A stretch of 38,795 nucleotides of DNA from a virus. Shown one piece after another: positions 27,187 to 34,940 of this stretch. The position numbers were made by a program, and so were the translations under genes. The number at the start of each line of letters is the position of its first letter. Position 1 is the first letter of the stretch. The DNA lies in UHGV virus genome UHGV-0423091; one strand, 5' to 3'. The notes below the pieces were generated by a model. It was given only the letters and a program-made list of their open reading frames with translations. It ran no database searches and was not told where the DNA came from.

Positions 27187-27669
27187 CTATCTGGTCAGGG
27201 TGTCGTACTGTTTTTCACAGACTCTTCCGGCTTCGGCTGCCCGGTCAGCATACTCTGCCAGTTGTCTGTTTCTCTCGAGAGATTTACTGAGCACGTCGGC
27301 AAGCAAAACTCCGGTGTCTGCGGCTGACGTCCCAGCGCCGACAATGGCGTTATACTGCCTGAGCTGCTCACGGATGGCAACGAGCTGTTGCTGCAACCGG
27401 CCAGCGCGAGCGGCAGCATCAAGAGCATCATTGCGCGCCTGGTCGATCCTCTGCTGCGCTTCACGTTCATTGATCGATTTCTCCTGTTCGTAGTGCTGAC
27501 GAACTCTCTCATCTTCGGTTTTGCGGTCTTCTTTCGCCTGTGCATACCCGGCGTCGTACTGACGACTACCGTGTACATTCCAGGCAACAACCCCTGATAT
27601 GACCAGAACAGCAAGCACCGCCACGATAAGCAACTGTTTCCAGTATGCTTTTACGAATGCCCAGATCAT
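27187..27669 (-). CDS. i-spanin (Rz-like), 160 aa
   Basis: N-terminal transmembrane helix then charged coiled-coil; directly after the endolysin (start overlaps its stop). Confidence 0.65.
   Translation of the reverse strand: MIWAFVKAYWKQLLIVAVLAVLVISGVVAWNVHGSRQYDAGYAQAKEDRKTEDERVRQHYEQEKSINEREAQQRIDQARNDALDAAARAGRLQQQLVAIREQLRQYNAIVGAGTSAADTGVLLADVLSKSLERNRQLAEYADRAAEAGRVCEKQYDTLTR
27195..27470 (-). CDS. o-spanin (Rz1-like) lipoprotein, embedded in the +1 frame of Rz
   Basis: Signal peptide ending in lipobox LAGC ([26 protein letters not shown]); AGGAG upstream of ATG 27470 (alternative start 27431); entirely inside the Rz ORF. Confidence 0.55.
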   Translation of the reverse strand: MNVKRSRGSTRRAMMLLMLPLALAGCSNSSLPSVSSSGSITPLSALGRQPQTPEFCLPTCSVNLSRETDNWQSMLTGQPKPEESVKNSTTP

Positions 27670-28295
27670 ACCGCCAGCACCTTACTGGCAGTGATGTACC
27701 GCGCTCTCCGGTCGTCGATGCCGTTCCTGCCACCATTGATAATCAAAGTTACACGTGCAATATCGCCGGTATACTTCATGCAACCTTTGCTGGAGAAGAA
27801 CCACGCCGCGCTACGAGCCGCATATTCGTCCTGCGCTAACAGTTCAGGATTCTCCAGCAGGTCCACTTTCAGGCCGTTTCCGCAGTCACGATAGTTATTC
27901 AAACCGGTAATCTGGATAAGTCCACGGCCTCGGTAATTCCAGCCGTCACCAGGGGAATTGTTCCCCATGCGTTTGCTGTACACCAGATTGGCGATCGCTC
28001 GCTGGCGCTCGAGTGGCAATGGTGGTTCACCAGCACGGCGACCCAGTGCATTAGCCTGCCCCTGAGTGAGACGCCCAGCCCGAACGAAGTTAGCCAGACC
28101 GCTGACACTGTAGTTGAAATTCTCCTGCAATCTGGTGAAGCCCACAGATTCATGCCCGACCTGAGCAATAAACATTGCCAGATCTTCTGGTTTGCTGATA
28201 CCAAACTCTTTCATCGCAGAAGTTATATGCGAGAACCAGCGTGCGGCCAGCGCCTCGCTAATACCAGCAGCTCGCTGGAATTGTTTAATCTCCAT
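27666..28295 (-). CDS. endolysin, glycoside hydrolase family 19-like (chitinase-like lysozyme), 209 aa
   Basis: Track ORF 27666..28526 trimmed to ATG 28295 (GAGG SD); GH19-like segments [12 protein letters not shown] and [13 protein letters not shown]. Confidence 0.8.
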   Translation of the reverse strand: MEIKQFQRAAGISEALAARWFSHITSAMKEFGISKPEDLAMFIAQVGHESVGFTRLQENFNYSVSGLANFVRAGRLTQGQANALGRRAGEPPLPLERQRAIANLVYSKRMGNNSPGDGWNYRGRGLIQITGLNNYRDCGNGLKVDLLENPELLAQDEYAARSAAWFFSSKGCMKYTGDIARVTLIINGGRNGIDDRRARYITASKVLAV

Positions 28296-28593
28296 GTTTA
28301 GACCTCGATATTTTGAAAATCTGAACAACGTTACCGCGTGTTTTAATAACCGCGGCAAGCATGACAGCGTTGATAATGACCTCAGATAAATCCACAGCCA
28401 TTGGCGTGCGTAACCAGATTGCATAGACGACACGAACAGGAATACTGGCCGCAGCAACAATAAGGAAATAAGCAAGCCACCCTCCCCATCTTCGATGTTG
28501 AGAGCCGTTACGCCGGAATGTGACAACGCGAATTGCTATGCCAGTACAAATAACTGCATTGGTGATAAGCAAAAAAAACTCATGCGTTACCAT
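28285..28593 (-). CDS. holin or antiholin, 102 aa, about three transmembrane segments
   Basis: Hydrophobic small protein immediately upstream of, and overlapping, the endolysin start. Confidence 0.5.
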   Translation of the reverse strand: MVTHEFFLLITNAVICTGIAIRVVTFRRNGSQHRRWGGWLAYFLIVAAASIPVRVVYAIWLRTPMAVDLSEVIINAVMLAAVIKTRGNVVQIFKISRSKHGD

Positions 28594-28996
28594 CGTCTTT
28601 TCTCCCCGGAATTAAATCGCGTGGATTGTCTGAACGGTGGTAGAGCCATATACCAATACGCACAGCGACAATTGCTGACACGAATGCGCCAGCAGAGAAA
28701 ACAATACCTTTTTCAAAAGAGTCCTGCGTGATGGTAGGGATCAGGCTGGCTATGCCGATAAGAATTGATGCTGCTGGTTTGTAGAAAAGAAGTCCGCAGA
28801 GAAAGCTGAGCATCGACAAGAGTACGCGACGACGAATTGGATACTCTACCGCAGAGGTAACAAAAATTACCGCACCAGCAAGAGCACCGAGCGCCACCTC
28901 TGGCGGAACACCTACGATAACCGCAGCAAGAGAGCTCACACTAAGCCATTGATTTAAAGACTCAGTTGTTATGTTAACCGACATAGCACACACCAT
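28580..28996 (-). CDS. holin-like membrane protein, 138 aa, about four transmembrane segments
   Basis: First gene of the lysis cassette; overlaps the next membrane-protein gene by 14 bp. Confidence 0.5.
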   Translation of the reverse strand: MVCAMSVNITTESLNQWLSVSSLAAVIVGVPPEVALGALAGAVIFVTSAVEYPIRRRVLLSMLSFLCGLLFYKPAASILIGIASLIPTITQDSFEKGIVFSAGAFVSAIVAVRIGIWLYHRSDNPRDLIPGRKDDGNA

Positions 28997-29159
28997 TTTT
29001 TTTGTACATATCGAACCTCTTCACTTACAGATCACCACACACAACAAACCATATATGTTTAACTATCAGATATTCTGAAATAACTATCAATTCATTGGTT
29101 TTTGATGACAATATTCATAAACAACCATAAATGTAAGGCGGTTTATTAGTTGCCAAAAT

Positions 29160-31766
29160 TTATTTCCTGCAAACTCCAGATGATGTTAATCCATCAAAAA
29201 TAACCTGCACTCTGGCAATAACAACATCAACTCCAGAAGTCGTTTCACTTGCATAACCAAGTTTTATTTTAGATACAATATCCTGAGTAAGTTCAGATAT
29301 TTCAGTTTCTGCAATGTTACCAGAGGCCATGTGATTATCGTATGCCATAGAATGAATTCCATTATTGACATCGATTGAACTAGTATGTTTGTGAAAAATA
29401 GATGGGTTTACCTGAAACGAATTTGAACCGATAAGATCAGAAGATACTCCATTCATCACTGCAGTACAGCGTGGAATATTATTATCGGTTATTGTCATAT
29501 GCAGACGGTTACCAGTTAACCCCTCACCAAGTGTGACATAATACGCCAATTCTCCACCTGCATATTGTTTCCCCTCAACAATAACAGTAATCCCTCTTAA
29601 TTTCTGATTAGCTAGCAAAAACTTATTACTGTCTATATAGCATTTATTTGCGGAACCAAAAACAGCCCCTTCTAAAATATCTGATGAATAGGAATAAATA
29701 AGGTCACCTGAAACAAAGGAAAGAATATCAGATACGTTTCCTTTTGTAGATAAGTTAGGAGAATAGCTATTAACTATTTCATATTGTCCTGTGATAAAAT
29801 CAAGGTAAACGCCATCAGTTTTCATCTCTTTAAAGAAAATGCTATTAAAGCATCCATCAAGAACCGGTGGATATATTCTAGAGCTTGCATAAGCTGTTGG
29901 GTGATTCTTATTATTACCACTACCAGGCGAATAAACATCTTCGTTAGTCATTGACTTTTTAAGCTTAACAGGAATCATCGGCTGCATATCAATTTTGCAG
30001 TTCCCTGAACCACCGATGCGAGGATAAAATAAACCACCAAACCTTACAATATTACTACTGAATAGTATTTCGTTATCGTTAAGTGTTATCTCAACGAAGT
30101 TTCCAATAAGTTTAAATTCAACTGAAAACAAACCAAGTGGAGCAGATAATTTAACAATATTGCGCATAAAAACACCTACAGTCCCTGTTGATGCAGTATA
30201 GTGTGTGGTTTCAAAGGCAGAGCCTGTATATTTCAAGTTAATGAAATTATTATGGTATGAAGACAATTGAAATTGAATCCCAGAACTAAGGATTTCAATA
30301 TCTACAAATTGAATCCTTACGGAGTAAGCATATGATAAATCTTCATATTCATAAGGCAATGTAACATCTTTTGAAATAGTTGCCCTCACATAATTACCAG
30401 AAACCACATCAATCCCATCACGTACAGCATTAAAGTAACGATTAAAATCAATAAGCCCAGCGCCAACATACTGCGCATATGACCGAGTCCATCCTGCCAT
30501 TGCGTTTCGTCCATTCTGAGCTTCTAAACTGCTAAATTCAGAGTCACTTGTGGTACTTGATGGGAGGATATTTGTACAAAAAACAATTTCAGGCATTGAA
30601 GTAATATCATTCAGTTCAGCCATCAATTTAAAAAAAGTTTTCTGCGGGAAGTTACCAACATCCCAACCATCTCCGTCATTCATGCCAAAAGCAATAATAA
30701 CAACATCAGGGTTAATATCACGAATGTAATCAATCCAGCGTCTGTTCGTGTCTGAATACCATGGGTACTGTGAGTTATAAGAAGTAATTGCTGGTGTATC
30801 TTTTCCAAGGTCATAGTACCTCATTCCACCAATTGCTCTGTTAAATAAAGTAGAACTTGGGAATTTCTCTTGCAAAACTCTCTTAAGATGAGCGGCAAAA
30901 ATGCTTGATCGATCCACTGTGCTTATATTATATGGGGCACTTAAGCTGTCACCAACTAACACTATTTTTGAGTTAGGCCTTGATAATCTCTCAAGTGTTT
31001 TAGATGTGACTAAACTGCATGAATTAATGAACTGAGCACTATTTAGTGTCTGTTCAAGTGTATCACCAAATCTGGTACCAACGTATGATGATCCGTTGAC
31101 ACTTGCTAGCTTAAGGCATAAATCAGCAGTATCTGTAATTGAAAAAATAGGAACAGGACGTCCTAAACTGTCATACCCCTGAATTGAGTTTGCCCTAGAA
31201 GATGCTGATGCCATTTCGCTTACTATCTCAGGGAAGCGGAGTGTTTTAGATATGTTGCTGTTAATAACTCCTTTGATAGATGAGTCTGTATATTTCTTCG
31301 TGGAAGCGTCCTGAGGAAATAATGGATCATCAAGGTTACGAATACGATTGCCTAGTGCATCGTAGTAAGTGGCACTAAATGATGGTTTACGAAGAGCCAG
31401 CCGAGCCATGCTTTTGACTAACTGGATCAGCATCGTTAGCTTATCAAAAGCATCCTCATGCACTTCCGCAAAGAACTTACCCTGATTGCGCAGATCAGTT
31501 TCCTGTGTAACCGGTAGCTCTCGTGATATAGAAATCTTATAGCCATTGGCCAACGCCTTCGACAATATTACATTTCCACCATTGTATCCTCCGGCCCCGG
31601 TAACTATATAATCAGTATCAAGAGTCAGTACGGTGATATTTTCATGAATATCAACAACCTGCACAATCAAATCAGATTTATTGAAAACCCTAAAGGCATA
31701 CGGAAACGATGTCGTAACGCCGTTACCGGTGTATTCGTTGTGGTCAACTTCGGTTGAGACCGTCAT
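29160..31766 (-). CDS. tailspike / tail fibre with T7 gp17-like N-terminal anchor and central SGNH (GDSL) esterase-like domain, 868 aa
   Basis: N-terminus YTGNGVTTSFPYAFRVF...LIVQVV resembles the T7 tail-fibre anchor; GDSL block (IVLVGDSLS, residues ~268-276, DNA ~30939-30965) and GxND block (AFGMNDG, ~358-364); AT-rich C-terminal half; GGAG SD. Confidence 0.8.
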   Translation of the reverse strand: MTVSTEVDHNEYTGNGVTTSFPYAFRVFNKSDLIVQVVDIHENITVLTLDTDYIVTGAGGYNGGNVILSKALANGYKISISRELPVTQETDLRNQGKFFAEVHEDAFDKLTMLIQLVKSMARLALRKPSFSATYYDALGNRIRNLDDPLFPQDASTKKYTDSSIKGVINSNISKTLRFPEIVSEMASASSRANSIQGYDSLGRPVPIFSITDTADLCLKLASVNGSSYVGTRFGDTLEQTLNSAQFINSCSLVTSKTLERLSRPNSKIVLVGDSLSAPYNISTVDRSSIFAAHLKRVLQEKFPSSTLFNRAIGGMRYYDLGKDTPAITSYNSQYPWYSDTNRRWIDYIRDINPDVVIIAFGMNDGDGWDVGNFPQKTFFKLMAELNDITSMPEIVFCTNILPSSTTSDSEFSSLEAQNGRNAMAGWTRSYAQYVGAGLIDFNRYFNAVRDGIDVVSGNYVRATISKDVTLPYEYEDLSYAYSVRIQFVDIEILSSGIQFQLSSYHNNFINLKYTGSAFETTHYTASTGTVGVFMRNIVKLSAPLGLFSVEFKLIGNFVEITLNDNEILFSSNIVRFGGLFYPRIGGSGNCKIDMQPMIPVKLKKSMTNEDVYSPGSGNNKNHPTAYASSRIYPPVLDGCFNSIFFKEMKTDGVYLDFITGQYEIVNSYSPNLSTKGNVSDILSFVSGDLIYSYSSDILEGAVFGSANKCYIDSNKFLLANQKLRGITVIVEGKQYAGGELAYYVTLGEGLTGNRLHMTITDNNIPRCTAVMNGVSSDLIGSNSFQVNPSIFHKHTSSIDVNNGIHSMAYDNHMASGNIAETEISELTQDIVSKIKLGYASETTSGVDVVIARVQVIFDGLTSSGVCRK

Positions 31767-31870
31767 GTTAAATCTCCAGATAGTCGCAGCACCCGTTGCG
31801 CCGCATATCTGGTTATTCTATTACCTGAAAAACCATATATGTATAGAAAGACTATAAATACCAATAGATA

Positions 31871-31885
31871 TTACCTTTATGGTAA
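31871..31885. promoter_or_regulatory. operator-like palindrome TTACC-tttat-GGTAA
   Basis: Perfect copy in the divergent control region between the tailspike and antirepressor operons. Confidence 0.45.
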
Positions 31886-31924
31886 TTTGCAAAACGTGCT
31901 GGATAGCAAACAAATTATTTGATA

Positions 31925-31940
31925 CTGTATAAATATACAG
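31925..31940. promoter_or_regulatory. LexA (SOS) box CTGTATAAATATACAG
   Basis: Perfect CTGT-N8-ACAG with AT-rich spacer, flanked TA...TT, 22 bp upstream of ATG 31962. Confidence 0.7.
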
Positions 31941-31961
31941 TTATTGCATGGAGAAGATAAG

Positions 31962-32219
31962 ATGCAGCGGTATCACTATCCACTGGAAGACGGATTTACC
32001 GAAAGGATTCACACGCCGGGAGGCGTCAGGTCACTGGTGGAGGGATCGCACTTGATGAAATTACTCCGGGATCTCGATAAGGATGGATTTAATGTCGATG
32101 GCCCACTTGCCGAACTGACTGCACTGATTAACTACGTCACCAGCTCACAGATGTCTATGCAGGATCTGCAAACACATCTCGACTATTGTGCCGAACAATT
32201 ACGAAAACAAACCAGATAA
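31962..32219 (+). CDS. small protein, 85 aa, paralogous to the C-terminal domain of the downstream antirepressor; candidate small antirepressor
   Basis: Track ORF trimmed to ATG 31962 (GGAGAAG SD); by-eye alignment to antirepressor residues ~150-225 (IHxPxGV...E.S.LM.LL..L..DG..V.G..AEL...DxQTH). Confidence 0.55.
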   Translation: MQRYHYPLEDGFTERIHTPGGVRSLVEGSHLMKLLRDLDKDGFNVDGPLAELTALINYVTSSQMSMQDLQTHLDYCAEQLRKQTR

Positions 32220-32222
32220 GGT

Positions 32223-32265
32223 TTGCAATTACCAAGTGGAGTGCTTATATTTACCATTGCGGTAA
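32223..32265 (+). promoter_or_regulatory. sigma70-like promoter (TTGCAA-N17-TATATT) with operator-like site TTACC-attgc-GGTAA (32251-32265) over the start region
   Basis: Near-consensus -35/-10 with 17-bp spacer; palindrome overlaps the -10 and predicted +1. Confidence 0.45.
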
Positions 32266-32532
32266 ATTTACATCGCACTCCTCTTGTGCCATAGTAATCG
32301 GGCACTGGCAAAATCCAGTGCCGGGATTGGCGTTCCGGATTACTACAGAGGCACATATGCCGCATAAGCGGTTTTTTTATGTGTAAAGCGCACCTATTCT
32401 ATGGTGGGCTGTGTGGGGGCACCGAAAGGTGCGCCGGGTTCCTTTGTAGCCGGTTACGCCAACCCTGCACAGTTCACCACCAACCGATTGGCGTCGGTAG
32501 TGGTGATTAACCTAACTACAAAGGTGATCACT

Positions 32533-33219
32533 ATGACTGCTAACGTAACCCCATCTGTTTTTCATTTTGAATCAGAAGCAACCATTCGAGCCATTGTTAT
32601 TGATGGAAATCCTTGGTTTGTTGCCAAAGACGTTATTAAAGCTCTTCAACTGACAAACCCCACTATGTCAATAAAATCTCTTGATGATGATGAAAGGGCT
32701 AAATTTAACTTAGGCCGTCAAGGCGAAACCAATATTATCAACGAGTCAGGCCTCTACACACTGATCCTCCGCTGCCGCGACGCAGTGACACCAGGCACTA
32801 TCCCCTACCGCTTTCGTAAATGGGTTACAGGTGAGGTTCTTCCTCAGATCCGCCGCACCGGAAGTTACATTAAAAACTCGCTCCCGCAGGAAGAACGCAT
32901 AAAGATGGTTGCCGACCAAGTAGCCAACGCCACGGCGTCAGCAGTGATGCAGGCAATGAAGATAGAGAACAAAACCTACAGTGCACCACTGAAGCCCGGC
33001 TACCGCAGCCTGATTCATTCGCCGTCTGGTGTTCTCGGCCTGACGGAGAACTCACTGCTGATGAATTTGCTGAACCAGTTACAGGAAGACGGGCATGACG
33101 TATCGGGCGCGGCGGCGGAGCTGACCACCATGTTCTGCTACATCGTCGGTGTGAGCAAATGCCTGCGTGATATCCAGACGCACGCGGAGTACATCAACGA
33201 CAAAGCAGGGTTCTTCTGA
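32533..33219 (+). CDS. antirepressor, Bro-N domain family, 228 aa
   Basis: Track ORF 32401..33219 trimmed to ATG 32533 (AAGGTG SD); N-terminal Bro-N-like segment IRAIVIDGNPWFVAKDV...LYTLILRC. Confidence 0.7.
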   Translation: MTANVTPSVFHFESEATIRAIVIDGNPWFVAKDVIKALQLTNPTMSIKSLDDDERAKFNLGRQGETNIINESGLYTLILRCRDAVTPGTIPYRFRKWVTGEVLPQIRRTGSYIKNSLPQEERIKMVADQVANATASAVMQAMKIENKTYSAPLKPGYRSLIHSPSGVLGLTENSLLMNLLNQLQEDGHDVSGAAAELTTMFCYIVGVSKCLRDIQTHAEYINDKAGFF

Positions 33220-33291
33220 CGGGCGGCGGCACAGGGATGTGCCTTTAAATAATTCTGTACAGATTGCAGACTGGGGGTGAATAGCGTACTA

Positions 33292-33306
33292 TTACCTTAA
33301 AGGTAA
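33292..33306. promoter_or_regulatory. operator-like palindrome TTACC-ttaaa-GGTAA upstream of the accessory module
   Basis: Perfect copy 43 bp upstream of ATG 33349. Confidence 0.45.
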
Positions 33307-33348
33307 ACCTGTTTTTATTTTATACCTGTAACTTACCGGAGATTAAAG

Positions 33349-33675
33349 ATGACAAAACTTGGATTCGTGATGAGAGGTCCGGTAAGAAGCGGAACTCATG
33401 CAAAGCGTAGCAAGAGTCGTATTTTTACTGGTAAGGTTGTAGCACGTAAATCAGCTATTGGCTCGTTCAATAGTGAAAATGCGGCATTGCGCCATATTTT
33501 TATCAGCACAAAGCCAAGAGCATCCGCTGATGTGCATACAATGACTATTCCTATCACAAAGAATATAAAGCGGATAAAAAAGCTCTCATCTGCAGAATCA
33601 AAAGAGATATCTTTCCGCCAGCTTAACTCATTAGAAACGCATATGAAGGAAGAGGAATTCGATGTTTTTGAGTGA
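33349..33675 (+). CDS. highly basic small protein, 108 aa (accessory module gene 1)
   Basis: GGAG SD 7 nt upstream; Lys/Arg-rich; AT-rich codon usage; overlaps the next gene by 14 bp. Confidence 0.5.
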   Translation: MTKLGFVMRGPVRSGTHAKRSKSRIFTGKVVARKSAIGSFNSENAALRHIFISTKPRASADVHTMTIPITKNIKRIKKLSSAESKEISFRQLNSLETHMKEEEFDVFE

Positions 33676-34174
33676 GTATAGCGGGAAGGTTATACCTACT
33701 GGTGAGTTTAAAACTGATGACTTTCTGATTTCGCTAAAAGATGCTTTTAAACAACACTGGCGTCATGGTCATCATCCTGATCTGGGAAAAGATACTCTTT
33801 TTGAAAGACCAGACGAAGTATTAGGTTTCCATCTCAGAAAGGTTCATGTCAATATTGGTGAATATGCATCATATTCATACTCATGTACTGAACAGTGTTG
33901 GGATGAGTGGTCATATGGATTGATTGATGAACAAGGAAATTACAGGCCAAAACCAACCAGTAACGCATATCTCATATATGCAGTCAATGAAATAAGAGAT
34001 GCAGCCTTACTAGCTTATTGGGACCCGCCCGCACACACCAAAGCTAACGCAAAAGTTTGGATGGATTCCGTATTGAATTTCACAAAATTATTTCATGAAC
34101 GAACGAATACAGCTCCACTTAGTAGAAATGTTTATCCGTGGGATTATTCGTACAAATCCAAAAAGCCTGCATAG
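33662..34174 (+). CDS. hypothetical protein, 170 aa, His/Trp/Tyr-rich (accessory module gene 2); loose by-eye resemblance to YafO-type toxins
   Basis: GAGG SD; translationally coupled to gene 1; resemblance is from memory and low-confidence. Confidence 0.5.
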   Translation: MFLSEYSGKVIPTGEFKTDDFLISLKDAFKQHWRHGHHPDLGKDTLFERPDEVLGFHLRKVHVNIGEYASYSYSCTEQCWDEWSYGLIDEQGNYRPKPTSNAYLIYAVNEIRDAALLAYWDPPAHTKANAKVWMDSVLNFTKLFHERTNTAPLSRNVYPWDYSYKSKKPA

Positions 34175-34255
34175 TAGTTTTTTATGGACGAAACAAAAGT
34201 CAGTGCTACACTCATTGACGCCACATTGAGGTGGCTTATAGATGGAAATTTCACA

Positions 34256-34417
34256 ATGAAAAAAGCATTTGCTGCACTGTTCGTTTTGTTGTCTCTGGTA
34301 GCTTCAACTCAGGCCTTTGCCGGTCGTTGTCAGCACGACAGCGATACTGCCGCTGACGGCTCCCGCTGCGGTGGGCGTTCTGCGGATTCCCGCCCGGGCG
34401 GCGGTGGCATTCGTTAA
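34256..34417 (+). CDS. small secreted peptide precursor, 53 aa (signal peptide plus 31-aa mature peptide with two Cys)
   Basis: Internal ATG of track ORF 34184..34417; MKKAFAALFVLLSLVASTQAFA signal with AxA-like cleavage site; followed by a terminator hairpin. Confidence 0.4.
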   Translation: MKKAFAALFVLLSLVASTQAFAGRCQHDSDTAADGSRCGGRSADSRPGGGGIR

Positions 34418-34440
34418 AAACAAGGCCGCGAAAGCGGCCT
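34414..34440 (-). terminator. intrinsic terminator ending the late structural operon (also closes the convergent plus-strand module)
   Basis: AGGCCGC-GAAA-GCGGCCT followed on the minus strand by TGTTTTTAA. Confidence 0.55.
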
Positions 34441-34448
34441 GTGACATG

Positions 34449-34745
34449 TCACGTTCCTTTTCTGAATGATAGCCGTTCGAAAAATGATGACATTCCACCG
34501 CAGACAATAGCAAAGATGATCCCACCAAAGAAGAGAAGGCCAGCCTGCCACCACTCCCACCGCCATACATCCACAGCACCAACCATACCAACAATCGCTC
34601 CAACAAACGGAATATAACTCACGATGAAAGCAATGGTGGCTGCAATTATCCAGTGCAATCCCCACCATGATTCAAGCCCAGCCATAATTGCTGCCAACTG
34701 AAAAAGGCCAACGACGATATAAACAATGAATCCTATCGCTTGCAT
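34449..34745 (-). CDS. small integral membrane protein, 98 aa, last gene of the late operon
   Basis: Three hydrophobic segments rich in Gly/Ala/Ile/Trp. Confidence 0.55.
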   Translation of the reverse strand: MQAIGFIVYIVVGLFQLAAIMAGLESWWGLHWIIAATIAFIVSYIPFVGAIVGMVGAVDVWRWEWWQAGLLFFGGIIFAIVCGGMSSFFERLSFRKGT

Positions 34746-34940
34746 GTAGTCACCTATTTACCCAGTAAAAATCAGAGGCCTCCCCTCAATAAGGCTTGCA
34801 ACAAGAACTATTCCCTGCACAACAAAGATGAACCAGCAAATAGCTTGAGTCTGAGGGTTAAGAAAATATTTGTAGCGGTCAATAAATAACAACCCACCAG
34901 AAATTATCACACTCAAAATAATTAAAAACACAACACTTCC

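Noticed and set aside
33254-33263. Palindrome TCTGTACAGA considered as a second LexA box
   Set aside because: It lacks the CTGT-N8-ACAG geometry; only 10 bp and likely chance
28580-34745. Searched for an O-antigen acyltransferase or glucosyltransferase (large multi-pass membrane protein) as the lysogenic-conversion gene
   Set aside because: No ORF of suitable size and hydrophobicity exists; the only membrane proteins are small (98-138 aa) and fit holins or accessory proteins better
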